48,392 nt of DNA, taken from positions 139,491 to 187,882 of the forward strand of contig CBFHKU010000004.1 in assembly GCA_965656495.1 (NCBI GenBank). The letters run 5' to 3'. Both the position numbers and the translations under genes were made by a program. Origin of the DNA: Coraliomargaritaceae bacterium. Lineage in GTDB: Bacteria; Verrucomicrobiota; Verrucomicrobiia; Opitutales; Coraliomargaritaceae. This document shows positions 1 to 10,188 of the stretch, piece by piece (the first letter of the stretch is position 1; every line of letters starts with the position of its first letter). The notes under the pieces are model-generated. The model worked only from the letters and a program-made list of their open reading frames with translations, was not told the DNA's origin and searched no databases.

Positions 1-118
1 AACAACTTCCCTGATGAAGATTAAGACTTAGGGTAATCCCAACCTTCCCACTTTCCCACCTTCAAACTTTCCCACTTTCCCACCTTTCATACTTTCCCAC
101 CTTTCCACTTTCCCACCT
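1..118. repeat. Remnant or variant of the composite intergenic repeat, ending in an ~8-bp CYTTCCCA-type tandem tract
   Basis: 1-20 AACAACTTCCCTGATGAAGA matches 17479-17498. GACTTAGGGTAATC(C/A)CAACCTTCCCACTTTC matches 17682-17712. About 9 degenerate 8-9-mers lie at 43-118. Confidence 0.85.
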
Positions 119-147
119 GCGCGCGGCGCGCGCGTTGCGCGGAGCGC

Positions 148-981
148 CTACGGCAACCAGGGGTAGTCTTTGAAATCGGGGGCGCGTTTTTCGTTCCAGG
201 CTTTGCGGCCTTCCTCGCCTTCTCCGGTGAGGTAATATAGGAGGGTGGCGTTGCCGGCGAGTTCCTGGAGGCCCTGTTGTCCATCGACGTCGGCGTTGAA
301 GGCGGATTTGAGGCAACGGATCGCGAGGGGGCTGTGCTGGAGGATTTCCTGTGCCCATTGCACGCCTTCCGCCTCGAGTTGCTCGTAGGGCACGACTTTG
401 TTGACGAGTCCCATTTCCTGGGCTTCGCGGGCGTCGTATTGACGGCATAAATACCAGATTTCGCGGGCTTTCTTTTGTCCGACGATGCGGGCGAGGTAGC
501 TCGCGCCGAAACCGCCGTCGAAGCTCCCGACCTTCGGGCCGGTCTGTCCGAAGATGGCGTTGTCGGCGGCGATGGTGAGGTCGCAGACCACGTGGAGGAC
601 GTGTCCGCCGCCGATGGCGTAGCCCGCGACGAGGGCGATCACGACCTTGGGCATGGAACGGATGAGTTTTTGGAGGTCGAGGACGTTGAGGCGTGGGACG
701 CCGTCTTTGCCGATGTAGCCGCCTTTTTTCTCGCCGCGAATCTTTTGGTCGCCGCCGGAACAGAAGGCGAATTTGCCGTCGGTTTGTGGGTTGAATCCGG
801 TGAGAAGGACGACCCCGACTTTAGGATCTTCGCGGGCGTCGGTGAATGCCTCGATCATTTCCGCGACGGTGTCGGGGGTAAAGGCATTGCGGCGGTGGGG
901 CCGGTTGATGGTGACCTTGGCGATCCCAGCGGATTTTTCGTAAATGATTTCTTCGAAGTCGCGGACTTTTTCCCAGTTCAT
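148..981 (-). CDS. menB: 1,4-dihydroxy-2-naphthoyl-CoA synthase
   Basis: Crotonase fold with MenB motifs [39 protein letters not shown]; adjacent to menD. Confidence 0.97.
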   Translation of the reverse strand: MNWEKVRDFEEIIYEKSAGIAKVTINRPHRRNAFTPDTVAEMIEAFTDAREDPKVGVVLLTGFNPQTDGKFAFCSGGDQKIRGEKKGGYIGKDGVPRLNVLDLQKLIRSMPKVVIALVAGYAIGGGHVLHVVCDLTIAADNAIFGQTGPKVGSFDGGFGASYLARIVGQKKAREIWYLCRQYDAREAQEMGLVNKVVPYEQLEAEGVQWAQEILQHSPLAIRCLKSAFNADVDGQQGLQELAGNATLLYYLTGEGEEGRKAWNEKRAPDFKDYPWLP

Positions 982-993
982 AATTGGAGGACG

Positions 994-2742
994 TTAATTA
1001 AAAATTGAGGCAAGGCAATCCCGGTCGGCTTGTCGGTCGGTCTTGATTTCGAGGAGTCGGATTCCGTTGGGGGCCTCGCGGAGTTGGTCTTCGAGGGTTG
1101 GCCAATCGGGGATATGGTGGTATCCAATCCCGTGCGCCTCGCAGAGTTTCGGGAGGTTGATGCTTTGCGGGGTGGCGAAGTAGCGCTCGTAGACGGCGTC
1201 GTGTTCGGCGATGGGGAGGTGTTGAAAGACTCCGCCGCCGGAGTTGTTGAGGAGGATGATGGTGAGGCTGCCCTGCATTTCGCGGGCGAGGAGGAGGGCG
1301 GCGTGGTCATGGAGGAAGGCGAGGTCGCCGCAGAGGAGGACGGTGGGGGCGTGGCAATGGGCGATGCCCATGGCGGTGGCGAGGTTGCCGTCGATTCCGT
1401 TAGCGCCACGGTTCCCGAGGAGGGCTCCCCTGCCCTTGCCCGCCCGCCAGAACCATTCGGCGTAGCGGACGCTGAGGCTGTTGGCGAAAAAGACGGCGGT
1501 ACCGGGGGGGAGGCATTGTGAGAGGAGCCAGGGGACCTTGCCGCCGAAGAGAGAACCGGTGGCGCGGAGTTTCGCGTCGATTTTAGAAGCGGCATCGGAT
1601 TGGGCGCGCGCCCAGCGTTTTTGCCAATCGGGGTTTGCGGACTGGGGTTTGAGGTTTAGGGCGAGGTTATTGGCATCGCCCTGCAGGACGGTGGCGATGC
1701 GATGGAGGGGGTCGGTGTTGACCGGGCGCCCGGGCAGGAGGAAGGTAGCGGCGTCGAGGCCTGCGAGCCAATTGCGGAGAACCTTGCTGGTGGGAAGGGT
1801 TCCGATTTGCAGGATGGCGGTGGGGGCGAGTTTCGCGGCGTGTTTGGGGTCGCGCAGGATGGCATCGTAATGGGTGATGAGGGCGGGCTCGTCGGATGCC
1901 TGAGCGCGGAGGGGGTTGAGGACGTCGGCGAGGACCGGCCAACCGAGGGCGCGGGCAATGGTCTTGAGGGCATGGGTAAAGGAGGCGGATTTTTCGGGGC
2001 CGCCGGGGTTGACGTCGCCCACGATGATGCAGCCGTTTTGATGGCTGGCGAGGCGTTCGAGGGCAACCGCGTCGGGGCGACCGGCAACGGGCACAGCCTC
2101 GGTGAGTCGGGTGAGGACGGTGGCGGCGTTTTCGAGGGCTTGGTCGCTGAGGAGCGGTTCGGCGTCCGGGAGGGGCGCGAGGGGTTCGCGGAAGGGGAAA
2201 TTGAGGTGGACGGGGCCGGGATTTCCCTGGAGGGCGCGGTCGAGGATATGGACGAGGGTTTGACGGAGGTGGTGGAGCGCGGCGGGACTTGCGTCGGGCA
2301 GCGGGAGTTCCTCGAAGGCGCGGACTTGTTGGCCGAAGTATTGGATTTGGTCGATGGTTTGGCCGGCGCCGCAATGGCGTTCATCGGGGGCGCGGTCCGC
2401 GGTGAGGATCAGGAGGGGGGTACCGCTTTGGTCGGCTTCCGCGACGGCGGGGGCGTAGTTTGCGACGGCGGAACCGGAGGTGCAAACAAGGGCGGGCGGG
2501 CGACCGGTGTGCTTGGCGATCCCAAGGGCGAAAAAGGCGGCGGAGCGTTCGTCAAGGACGGGGACGACTTTGAGTTTTGGGTTGCGGGCGGCGGCGTAAA
2601 CGAGGGGGGTGGAACGTGACCCGGGGGAAATAATGATGGTCTCGACGCCGAGGCGGGCCAGAACTTCCATCGCAAGGGTACCCCAGATCGCATTGGGAGT
2701 GCTGCGACTGAGGGCATCGAATGTCTGGGGGTTGCTATCCAT
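994..2742 (-). CDS. menD: SEPHCHC synthase (ThDP-dependent)
   Basis: SPGSRSTPL, DERSAAFFALG, CTSGSA, NRGANGIDG, GDLAFLHD...NNSGGGVF. Confidence 0.96.
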   Translation of the reverse strand: MDSNPQTFDALSRSTPNAIWGTLAMEVLARLGVETIIISPGSRSTPLVYAAARNPKLKVVPVLDERSAAFFALGIAKHTGRPPALVCTSGSAVANYAPAVAEADQSGTPLLILTADRAPDERHCGAGQTIDQIQYFGQQVRAFEELPLPDASPAALHHLRQTLVHILDRALQGNPGPVHLNFPFREPLAPLPDAEPLLSDQALENAATVLTRLTEAVPVAGRPDAVALERLASHQNGCIIVGDVNPGGPEKSASFTHALKTIARALGWPVLADVLNPLRAQASDEPALITHYDAILRDPKHAAKLAPTAILQIGTLPTSKVLRNWLAGLDAATFLLPGRPVNTDPLHRIATVLQGDANNLALNLKPQSANPDWQKRWARAQSDAASKIDAKLRATGSLFGGKVPWLLSQCLPPGTAVFFANSLSVRYAEWFWRAGKGRGALLGNRGANGIDGNLATAMGIAHCHAPTVLLCGDLAFLHDHAALLLAREMQGSLTIILLNNSGGGVFQHLPIAEHDAVYERYFATPQSINLPKLCEAHGIGYHHIPDWPTLEDQLREAPNGIRLLEIKTDRQADRDCLASIFN

Positions 2743-2875
2743 TAAAAGTTAAAAGTGATATATGAGTCTTGGAACTCAGCAACCCCGAAAGCATCTTTAC
2801 AGCGGGGCGGGATTTATCGCTTGCGCCCCTGCCCCAGCGCGACAGACTCACTCTTTCACCTCAACCGTGCTTTTT

Positions 2876-3325
2876 ATGAATCGTATTTTGCTCCAATCCT
2901 CCAGCCGTCTCAAGCGCCGCAAAAGTGGTTTCAGTTTGATTGAAATTCTCATTGTGATCGCGTTGATCGCGGTGATTGCGACGCTCGCGATCGGGAACAT
3001 CGGCAAGATCTTCGGCGGGCAACAGGAGAAGGTCGCGAGTATTTTCGTGAACCAGACCGTGAAGCTCGGCTTCACCGCCTACAAGATCGACGTGGGCAGT
3101 TACCCGAACACCGAGGAAGGGATCGGCGCGCTCGCGAAAGCACCCGCCGGCAAGGAGACCCGCTGGAAGGGCCCCTACATTGACAAGGTCCCGGTGGATC
3201 CCTGGGGCAATGCTTATCAATATCGTTTCCCCGGCAGCAAGAATATCAACGGCTCGAGCGGCTACGATATTTGGTCGCTGGGTGAAGACGGCACGGAGAG
3301 CGCCGATGACATCGGCAATTGGTAA
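2876..3325 (+). CDS. gspG: Type II secretion major pseudopilin
   Basis: N-methylation site [10 protein letters not shown] and [33 protein letters not shown] at 2876 preferred over 2762. Confidence 0.92.
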   Translation: MNRILLQSSSRLKRRKSGFSLIEILIVIALIAVIATLAIGNIGKIFGGQQEKVASIFVNQTVKLGFTAYKIDVGSYPNTEEGIGALAKAPAGKETRWKGPYIDKVPVDPWGNAYQYRFPGSKNINGSSGYDIWSLGEDGTESADDIGNW

Positions 3326-3335
3326 GCGCGCCGCG

Positions 3336-3833
3336 ATGCGGCGCGGTGGCTTTAGCCTGATCGAGATCCTGCTGGTGCTCGCCCTCATGGCGATTGGCGG
3401 GACGGTCGTGATTCTCAATTTCACCGCCTACGCTGACCGCGGCGAACAAAATGACGCGGCGGAACTCCTCACGCAGGCGGTGCGCAAGGCGCGTTTTTAC
3501 GCGGTGCAGGATCGCCGCGAGACGCGTCTGCGCTTTGACCCCGAGGGCGGTCGGCTCGTGGTGGAGCGCGAGACCGTGACCTTGCATGCGGAAACCCTGC
3601 GGCCGGAATTTCGCGGCAACGGCGGGGGTTCCGTTACTTTCCTGCAGGTGCCGAGCGCGGAGGGTTTGAGTCCGCCCCCACCGGTCACGGCGGCGCGGGA
3701 ACCGCTTGCGGCGGTGCGTTTTGCGCCTGATGGGAGCTGCACGCCTTTTGTAGCGGAGATCAATACCGGTTACGGGACGCCGCAGCGCGCCGCCTTCGAC
3801 CCCTTCTCGAATTTACGAAAGGCGATGGAATGA
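3336..3833 (+). CDS. Minor pseudopilin, GspH-like
   Basis: [15 protein letters not shown] prepilin motif and VRFAPDGS; follows gspG. Start reassigned from 3180 to 3336. Confidence 0.8.
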   Translation: MRRGGFSLIEILLVLALMAIGGTVVILNFTAYADRGEQNDAAELLTQAVRKARFYAVQDRRETRLRFDPEGGRLVVERETVTLHAETLRPEFRGNGGGSVTFLQVPSAEGLSPPPPVTAAREPLAAVRFAPDGSCTPFVAEINTGYGTPQRAAFDPFSNLRKAME

Positions 3834-4276
3834 AGCGGCGGGGCTTTAGTCTGATTGAAGTGGTGGTGGCGGTGGCGCTCTTTGCCAGTGCGGCGGTGGT
3901 CCTGAGTTCCGCTTTTGTGAACGCCCTCCTCGCGCGCGACTTCGGAAAACGCAATGCCAGTTTCGCGGAGGATGTCCGGACGGTACGCCTGCAGTTGCTC
4001 CTCGAACCGAATCTCGAGGACGCGGAGGATGGCGGGCTATACGAAACCTTTGGTTCCGGCGAAGCGGAATGGGAGGCGGTGATCGAACCGATGGAAGTGG
4101 TGGACCTGTTCTACGTTCGCCTGCAGATCAACTTCAGCGAACCGCCCGAGGGGGTGGAACCGCTTTACCAGGAGGAACTCTACCTCCTTCGCCCGACCTG
4201 GTCGGAAAGCGAGGAACGCAGCGACCTCCTCGCGGACAAACGCGATGAACTCTACGACGAAAGGGGCTTTGAATAA
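3830..4276 (+). CDS. Minor pseudopilin, GspI-like
   Basis: MKRRG|FSLIEVVVAVAL; ATGA overlap with the upstream gene. Confidence 0.8.
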   Translation: MKRRGFSLIEVVVAVALFASAAVVLSSAFVNALLARDFGKRNASFAEDVRTVRLQLLLEPNLEDAEDGGLYETFGSGEAEWEAVIEPMEVVDLFYVRLQINFSEPPEGVEPLYQEELYLLRPTWSESEERSDLLADKRDELYDERGFE

Positions 4277-4277
4277 A

Positions 4278-5132
4278 ATGCGGGCAGGCTTAAAAGGATC
4301 GCCCCGGGCGGGAATGAGTTTGATCGAGGTGGTGCTCGCCATCGCGGTGGCGGGGTTTGTTTTGACCGCTGCCACTTCATTCGTGGTCTCGGTCAGCAGT
4401 ATTTGGAGCACCCGCGCCGAGCGTCATTTCTTCGAGGATCATGTCGATGGGGTCATGCAATTCCTGCAATCGAGTTTTGACCGCGCCGGCATCGCGATCG
4501 CCACCGAGCGCGCCGGGGACTCCGGGGATTCGGAGCAGGACGGCGACGATAGCGGGCAGACCCAAGCGCCGAACGGAGATGTGCCAACTGTCAAAATTGA
4601 GATTGAGGGGGACGGGGATGCAGGCATTGACCGCGAACAAGATGAGGAGCGTAACAAGGGGAAGGATGAGGGCGTGAGCCTTATCCAAGGAAGCGAGGAA
4701 CCGATATCCTGGGAACGCCTGCCCGGTGCCAGCAATTACGAGGATCCCTACCTGAGTTTTGAACTGAACGCCCTGCCCCCGCTCTTCAATGCCCCCGAGG
4801 AACTGCCGCAACTCGGCGGGGTGCGCGCCTACCTGTATTTTGACCGTACTCACGGCCTGCGTCTTCTCTGGCATCCCCTCCTACAGGAGGAAGTTGAGGA
4901 TAACGACGATCTCCGCAGCACCCAACTCAGCGCCTTGGTCGAACAAGTCGAATACATCTATTGGGATGAACGCCTCGAGGCATGGGAAATCGAAAACGAA
5001 CCCCTCGAGGGTGACGGACAGGATCAATTCCTCCTGCCCCGCTATCTGCGCTTCACCTTTTCCCATGAAGGCGTCAGCGAAACCCGCAAGCTCGCCATCC
5101 CGGTTCCATCCCGCTCCGTCTTCATTTTTTAA
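4278..5132 (+). CDS. Minor pseudopilin, GspJ-like
   Basis: RAG|MSLIEVVLAI prepilin motif and C-terminal LPRYLRF; position in the G-H-I-J-K order. Confidence 0.75.
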   Translation: MRAGLKGSPRAGMSLIEVVLAIAVAGFVLTAATSFVVSVSSIWSTRAERHFFEDHVDGVMQFLQSSFDRAGIAIATERAGDSGDSEQDGDDSGQTQAPNGDVPTVKIEIEGDGDAGIDREQDEERNKGKDEGVSLIQGSEEPISWERLPGASNYEDPYLSFELNALPPLFNAPEELPQLGGVRAYLYFDRTHGLRLLWHPLLQEEVEDNDDLRSTQLSALVEQVEYIYWDERLEAWEIENEPLEGDGQDQFLLPRYLRFTFSHEGVSETRKLAIPVPSRSVFIF

Positions 5133-5138
5133 TTCGCC

Positions 5139-6248
5139 ATGTCCGCCGCCACCAACCGCAGCCTACCCAGCCCGCCCGCTCGCCATGAAAAGCGCCGAGG
5201 GGGCGTGCTCATTGCAGTGCTCGCTATCATTGCGCTCCTTTCTTTTTTGGTGACCCGTTTCCTACAAGAAGCGAGCGATGCGATGGAATACCGTGCCCTC
5301 TTCAATGAACCGCCCGAGGCCCGCGCGTACGCCTTCAGTATGCTTGAGGCGAGCCTCGCCACCCTGCAGGAAGTCGCCCTTATCGACGACGGAAAACTCT
5401 ACGCCCCGGAACAGGGCTGGGCCGACCCCCTCGCCTATTGCGGGATTCAGGTGCCCAATGACTGGAACGTCTCGGTCGAGATCAGCGATGCCACCGCAAA
5501 GCTCCCCCTCAATACCATCGAGGAAGGCGAACTCAACCGAATCCTCGAGCAGTATTTCGAGTTCGACTTCGGCACCACCCGCGAATTGAGCAGCATGCTC
5601 CTCGATTGGATCGACCCCGACGATTCCCGACGCCTCAACGGGGCGGAGTCTGAGGATTATCTCGATGAAAACCCGCCATACCGCGCCGCCAACCGGCCCC
5701 TCCAATCCCTCGAGGAACTCCGGCTCGTGAAAATCTGGCAGGATGAATTTTTTGATGCGGAGGGTCGACCGAATGAAACTTTCAGCCGTTTGGCAGCGAT
5801 CTTCACGGTGGAGCACCGAGGTTCCGTCAACGCCAACAGTGCCCCTGCCGCGGTCTTTGAGAGCCTCGCTCCCGAGGACGACTACTTCGGCGAAAACCTC
5901 TTTGACCAAATTCAGGACGATACACCTTACCTCAAGCAAATGCCAGACAGCGCCCGCGGCAAAGCCCTCACCAGCGAGATCGAGCTCCTGCGCATCACGG
6001 TGACCCTCACCCGAGGCACCGTGCCCTTTGTGGTACAGGCGCTCGTCGAGCCCAATTTCAAAACAGGGAATTCCGGCGGCGGCGGTAGCATGCCCGGCGC
6101 CGACGCCCGCGACACGGTCCGCACCGGCAGCACCGAGGAACAGGATGCCCTCAATTATCCCTTCCGCATCATTGAACTGAGTACCGGGTACCGCCGCCCC
6201 GATGCCGCATCCGCCGCCCGTTATTCCACTGTCGACATTGACGTCTAA
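5139..6248 (+). CDS. gspK: Type II secretion pseudopilin GspK
   Basis: RRGG|VLIAVL leader lacking Glu5; LLDWIDPDD, GAESEDY, PYRAANRPLQSLEELRLV, VNANSAP. Confidence 0.9.
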   Translation: MSAATNRSLPSPPARHEKRRGGVLIAVLAIIALLSFLVTRFLQEASDAMEYRALFNEPPEARAYAFSMLEASLATLQEVALIDDGKLYAPEQGWADPLAYCGIQVPNDWNVSVEISDATAKLPLNTIEEGELNRILEQYFEFDFGTTRELSSMLLDWIDPDDSRRLNGAESEDYLDENPPYRAANRPLQSLEELRLVKIWQDEFFDAEGRPNETFSRLAAIFTVEHRGSVNANSAPAAVFESLAPEDDYFGENLFDQIQDDTPYLKQMPDSARGKALTSEIELLRITVTLTRGTVPFVVQALVEPNFKTGNSGGGGSMPGADARDTVRTGSTEEQDALNYPFRIIELSTGYRRPDAASAARYSTVDIDV

Positions 6249-6286
6249 TTCGCTTCATTAGAATCTTAGCCTCCCCCGATCGAGCC

Positions 6287-7489
6287 ATGGAAACCACCGA
6301 AAACGAGCCAACCGAACCAGCAGCAGAGCGCAGTCTTTGCCTCCTGCCCGGTCACCTCTTTTTCATTGAGGGCCTGGAATTGCCGGAGGGTTTGAGCGAG
6401 GAGGAGATTCCCTCTTTCGCGGAACTCAGCGTGGAAGCAAATGCCCCCTTTCCGATCGAGCAACTCAACTGGGGTTACCTCTGTGATCGTGAAGCGCGGC
6501 GCCTCCTTTACTTTGCCACCCATCAGGACCGCCTAAAGCAGGCGGGGTATCAGGATCTCGAAAGCCACACCTGGGTACTCCCTGACTTCCTGGCCCTTTA
6601 CGGTCTAAATCCCGGCAGCGGAACGCATCCCTTCCAGAGCGACCTCAGTCAAGCGGAGGTCAGCTTTGGCGACAGCCCCACCGTTCCCGATGCCATCGAG
6701 GCACAGCCCCCCGAGACAGACCGGACTCCTACCACCGAGCGCTTTGAACTCTTGCACGCCGAGGCCAGCGAAGAGGAAGTGGTGCAGTTTACCCTCCGCG
6801 CCCCGGATTCCGAGGCCGAACAAACCGTGCAAATGGAAGGCGGGAGCCTCTGGGCAGCGGACGTTCGCCCCGCCGAGTTCAAGAACAGCGAACGCCGCGA
6901 CCGAAAACTCAGTCATTATTTCTTGCAAGGCTTCAAATACGCTGCCTGTTTTGTAGCCCTGCTCTTGATCGCAGAGTTTATCCTGCTATCCGCCAATCTC
7001 TGGCTCAACACGCGCGAGGGCAAAGTTGCCAGCCAAGCCGGTCCCGTCGCGAAGATTCAGGAACAGCAAGCCCTCACCGTAAAACTCGAACGCGTCTTCG
7101 AAAACCAGTTGCGTCCAGTCGCCATGCTCGAGGTGCTCAACAAACTGCGACCCGCTAAAAGCATCCATTTCAACGAAACCAGCACCGAGGAAAACAATCA
7201 GGTTACGGTTGAGGGCGAGGCCACCACCGTCAACGCCCTCAACGCCTACATCAATCAACTCAAGGACTCAGGGCAAATCGAACTCCTCGCCCCACCCAAG
7301 ACCCTCACCCGCTCAGGTAAAACCACCTTCTCAGTTGAACTCGGTTACCAACACCGCGAACCCGAGCCAAGCCCGCCGGGTAAACCTGCCGCCGCGCCCG
7401 ATGCCCCCGCCGCGAAAACCGCCCAACCCGCCGAGGCGGAAGCCGAAACCGAGGCTGCAGCCGCAGCGAGTCCCGAATCTCAATCCTAA
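6287..7489 (+). CDS. GspL/PilN-like inner-membrane assembly protein
   Basis: Single TM segment, a periplasmic ferredoxin-like segment (VTVEGEATTVNALNAYINQL), and position between gspK and the gspM-like gene. Confidence 0.65.
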   Translation: METTENEPTEPAAERSLCLLPGHLFFIEGLELPEGLSEEEIPSFAELSVEANAPFPIEQLNWGYLCDREARRLLYFATHQDRLKQAGYQDLESHTWVLPDFLALYGLNPGSGTHPFQSDLSQAEVSFGDSPTVPDAIEAQPPETDRTPTTERFELLHAEASEEEVVQFTLRAPDSEAEQTVQMEGGSLWAADVRPAEFKNSERRDRKLSHYFLQGFKYAACFVALLLIAEFILLSANLWLNTREGKVASQAGPVAKIQEQQALTVKLERVFENQLRPVAMLEVLNKLRPAKSIHFNETSTEENNQVTVEGEATTVNALNAYINQLKDSGQIELLAPPKTLTRSGKTTFSVELGYQHREPEPSPPGKPAAAPDAPAAKTAQPAEAEAETEAAAAASPESQS

Positions 7490-8046
7490 TGCACGAGCAA
7501 CTACAACGTATCACCCGCACCCTGCGACGCCTCACGGTTCGCGAGCAACTCCTCAGTCTGCTCTTTGTGGTAGTAATGCTCGCCATCTGGGCGGGCACCT
7601 GGTTCGGGCGTTCCGGCGAGTGGAATGATGCCCGCCGCGCCGCCGCCGCCAGTCTTACCGAGCAGGCCCTCTGGCTCGAACGCGCCGAGAGCTACGACCG
7701 CAGCGCCCGCGAGGTCATGGAAAAACTCGACTCCGCAAAAACCTTTGGTGCCACGCAATTGTCCGGTAGAATCGACCGCCTCCTCCGCGAATCGGGCCTC
7801 TCCACCCGAGCCGATATGGATCCCGTCAAATCCCGTCAGGGTGAAATCTTCAACGAGCACACCCTGCGTGTGCAACTCAAACGCGCCTCCATCGCGCAAT
7901 ACGTCGCCTTCAACGAGCTCCTCCTGCGCGAGGCGCCCTACATCAACCAACACAGCGTCCAAATCAAGGCCAACCGGCGCAACCCCGAGGAACTCGACAT
8001 TCGCTTCGAAATCGCTTCCCTTGAACTCATCGATAGTTCGATTTAA
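7489..8046 (+). CDS. GspM-like inner-membrane protein
   Basis: LTVREQLL followed by an N-terminal TM and coiled coil, typical of GspM; 1-bp overlap with the upstream gene. Confidence 0.7.
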   Translation: MHEQLQRITRTLRRLTVREQLLSLLFVVVMLAIWAGTWFGRSGEWNDARRAAAASLTEQALWLERAESYDRSAREVMEKLDSAKTFGATQLSGRIDRLLRESGLSTRADMDPVKSRQGEIFNEHTLRVQLKRASIAQYVAFNELLLREAPYINQHSVQIKANRRNPEELDIRFEIASLELIDSSI

Positions 8047-8073
8047 TCCTACTATAACTTTATCCGGCACATT

Positions 8074-10170
8074 ATGAGAATCCCATTCCAAGCCCTGCAA
8101 GCCAGCCTGCTTCTCGCTAGCCTTTGCATCCTTAACTCCCTGTCCGCGCAGACCGCCGCCGATCCGAACGCCGAAATCGGCACCCTGATCCTCAGCGACG
8201 ACTCCGCCCTACAGGTCATTGAACTCTACGAACAACTCACCGGAAAAATCGTCCTCCGCCGTCAGGACATCCCCGCCGCCAAGATCAATTTCAATTCCCG
8301 CGGCCCGATCTCGCAATCCGAGGCGGTCCTCGCCCTCGAAAGCCTCCTGAGCCTCAACAACATCATGCTCACGGAAGTGGGCGGACGTTTTGTCAAAGCG
8401 GTCCCTGCGAGCAACGTTAATCAAAACACTCCCGTCATGCTCAGCGGCAGCACCCTTGACCTGCCCGCCAGCCAACAAATCTACACCAAATTTTTCCGCC
8501 TGAAATACCTCGACGCGGCGGAAAGCCGCGATGGAGTGGTCGCGCCGCTGCTGTCGGGCCAGTCTCATTTGGTCGCGTTTACCAAAGCCAATGCCATCTT
8601 GGTGAGCGACGCCCTCCTCAACCTGCAGCGCGTGGAAACCATGCTCCTTGACCTCGACCAGCCGCAGCAATACCGCGAGAAAATCGAATTCATCAAGCTC
8701 GACTACATTCAGGCGCAGGATATGCAACGCCAACTCGAGAACCTCTCGAAGGGGCCCCTCGCGCGTTACTTTGATGGCAACACCAGCATCACCGCCGACG
8801 AGCGCAGCAACCAGCTCATCGTGGTGACGCATCCCGACAACCTCGCCACTATCCTAGAGGTCGTCAAAAGCATCGACGTGGACGCCGCCCCCATCACCCG
8901 CAGCGAGGTCTTCCAGCTCCGTCAAGCAAAGGCCGAGGAAGTTGTCCCCATCATTGAAAACATTATTTCCGGGCAGGAAGAGGGCCGCGAGGAAGACGCC
9001 AAGGTCACCCGCAACCAGAACAACCAAAACAACCAGAAAAACAACAACGCGAATAATAAAAACGCCCCCAAGCCCGCACCGGCGCGCGCCGCCAGCAAAC
9101 CCACCAACGAAGCCAACAGCGCCCTCCAATTCTCCAACTTCGTCGGCCTCTCCGCCGATACCCGCACCAATTCCATCGTCGCCTACGGCACCGACTCCGA
9201 CCTCAAGTCTATTAGCGAACTCATCGACAAAATCGACATCCCCCTCCCACAGGTGCGCATCGAGGCCATCATCACAGAAGTCTCCCTCGATGAAAATCAA
9301 GGCAGCGGGCTGGAGACCTTCAACCTTAGCTTTGGCGATGGTGCCGCTAATATTACTGCTGGCATGTCCAGCATTACCTCAAAAGTCATTACTCCGGGTA
9401 CACCGACGTCCGGTAACGCTACTACTGCATTATCAACCTTCGGAAACTTCACCCTCGACGCGGTGCTCGACCTCGCGGAGGGCGACAACAAAGTTAAAAT
9501 CCTCTCCACTCCCTCCATCGTGGTGAGTCACAACGAAGAAGGCGTCATCAACGTCAGCCAATCGCGGCCCTTTGAAACTGGATCCACCACTTTCAATAAC
9601 AGCAATAACAACACGCAGACGCAGGTCGAATACCGGGATGTTGGCATCAAGCTCACCGCGACTCCCCTCATCGGGGCAGACGGTTCAGTGCAGCTTCAGA
9701 TCGAGCAGACCATTGACACCGTGCAAGAAGTCAGCAAAACCACCAGCGAAAGCGGCAACATTGATACAAAACCCATCATCGGCAAGCGCGAGGCAAACTC
9801 CACCATCACGGTGAACGACGGGGATGTTATCATTTTGGGCGGCCTGCAGGAGAACAAGAAGGATGTCTCCAACACCTACTTCCCGCTCATCGGTCGCCTT
9901 CCGCTTTTTAAGGAATTCCTGAGCAATGAATCGGTGGACTACACCCGCACCGAGCTGATCATCTTCATCCGCCCCACCATTCTCAAAAATCCCAGTGAAG
10001 CCAGCGAGATGAGCCAAAAAGCGATTGATCTGCTCGAAGAGAGCGAGGCGGTGAAGGACTACCTCGAAACCGGCACGACCGGAGACACCTACATGGATGG
10101 CAGCGGCTTTGAGGACGAGAAACCGAAGAAAGAAAAATCGGAAAAGACCTCCCTCCCGCGCTTTCGCTAA
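8074..10170 (+). CDS. gspD: Type II secretion secretin
   Basis: Signal peptide, N0-N3 domains (ADERSNQLIV, ADTRTNSIV), QVRIEAIITEV, ILSTPSI, YRDVGIKL, DGDVIILGGL, RTELIIFIRPTI. Confidence 0.93.
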   Translation: MRIPFQALQASLLLASLCILNSLSAQTAADPNAEIGTLILSDDSALQVIELYEQLTGKIVLRRQDIPAAKINFNSRGPISQSEAVLALESLLSLNNIMLTEVGGRFVKAVPASNVNQNTPVMLSGSTLDLPASQQIYTKFFRLKYLDAAESRDGVVAPLLSGQSHLVAFTKANAILVSDALLNLQRVETMLLDLDQPQQYREKIEFIKLDYIQAQDMQRQLENLSKGPLARYFDGNTSITADERSNQLIVVTHPDNLATILEVVKSIDVDAAPITRSEVFQLRQAKAEEVVPIIENIISGQEEGREEDAKVTRNQNNQNNQKNNNANNKNAPKPAPARAASKPTNEANSALQFSNFVGLSADTRTNSIVAYGTDSDLKSISELIDKIDIPLPQVRIEAIITEVSLDENQGSGLETFNLSFGDGAANITAGMSSITSKVITPGTPTSGNATTALSTFGNFTLDAVLDLAEGDNKVKILSTPSIVVSHNEEGVINVSQSRPFETGSTTFNNSNNNTQTQVEYRDVGIKLTATPLIGADGSVQLQIEQTIDTVQEVSKTTSESGNIDTKPIIGKREANSTITVNDGDVIILGGLQENKKDVSNTYFPLIGRLPLFKEFLSNESVDYTRTELIIFIRPTILKNPSEASEMSQKAIDLLEESEAVKDYLETGTTGDTYMDGSGFEDEKPKKEKSEKTSLPRFR

Positions 10171-10188
10171 GCTTCCAGTCTTGAATTT

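Noticed and set aside
9010..9065. AAC-rich repeat in gspD as a phase-variable tract
   Set aside because: An in-frame Asn/Gln-rich linker, typical of the disordered N3 loop of secretins.
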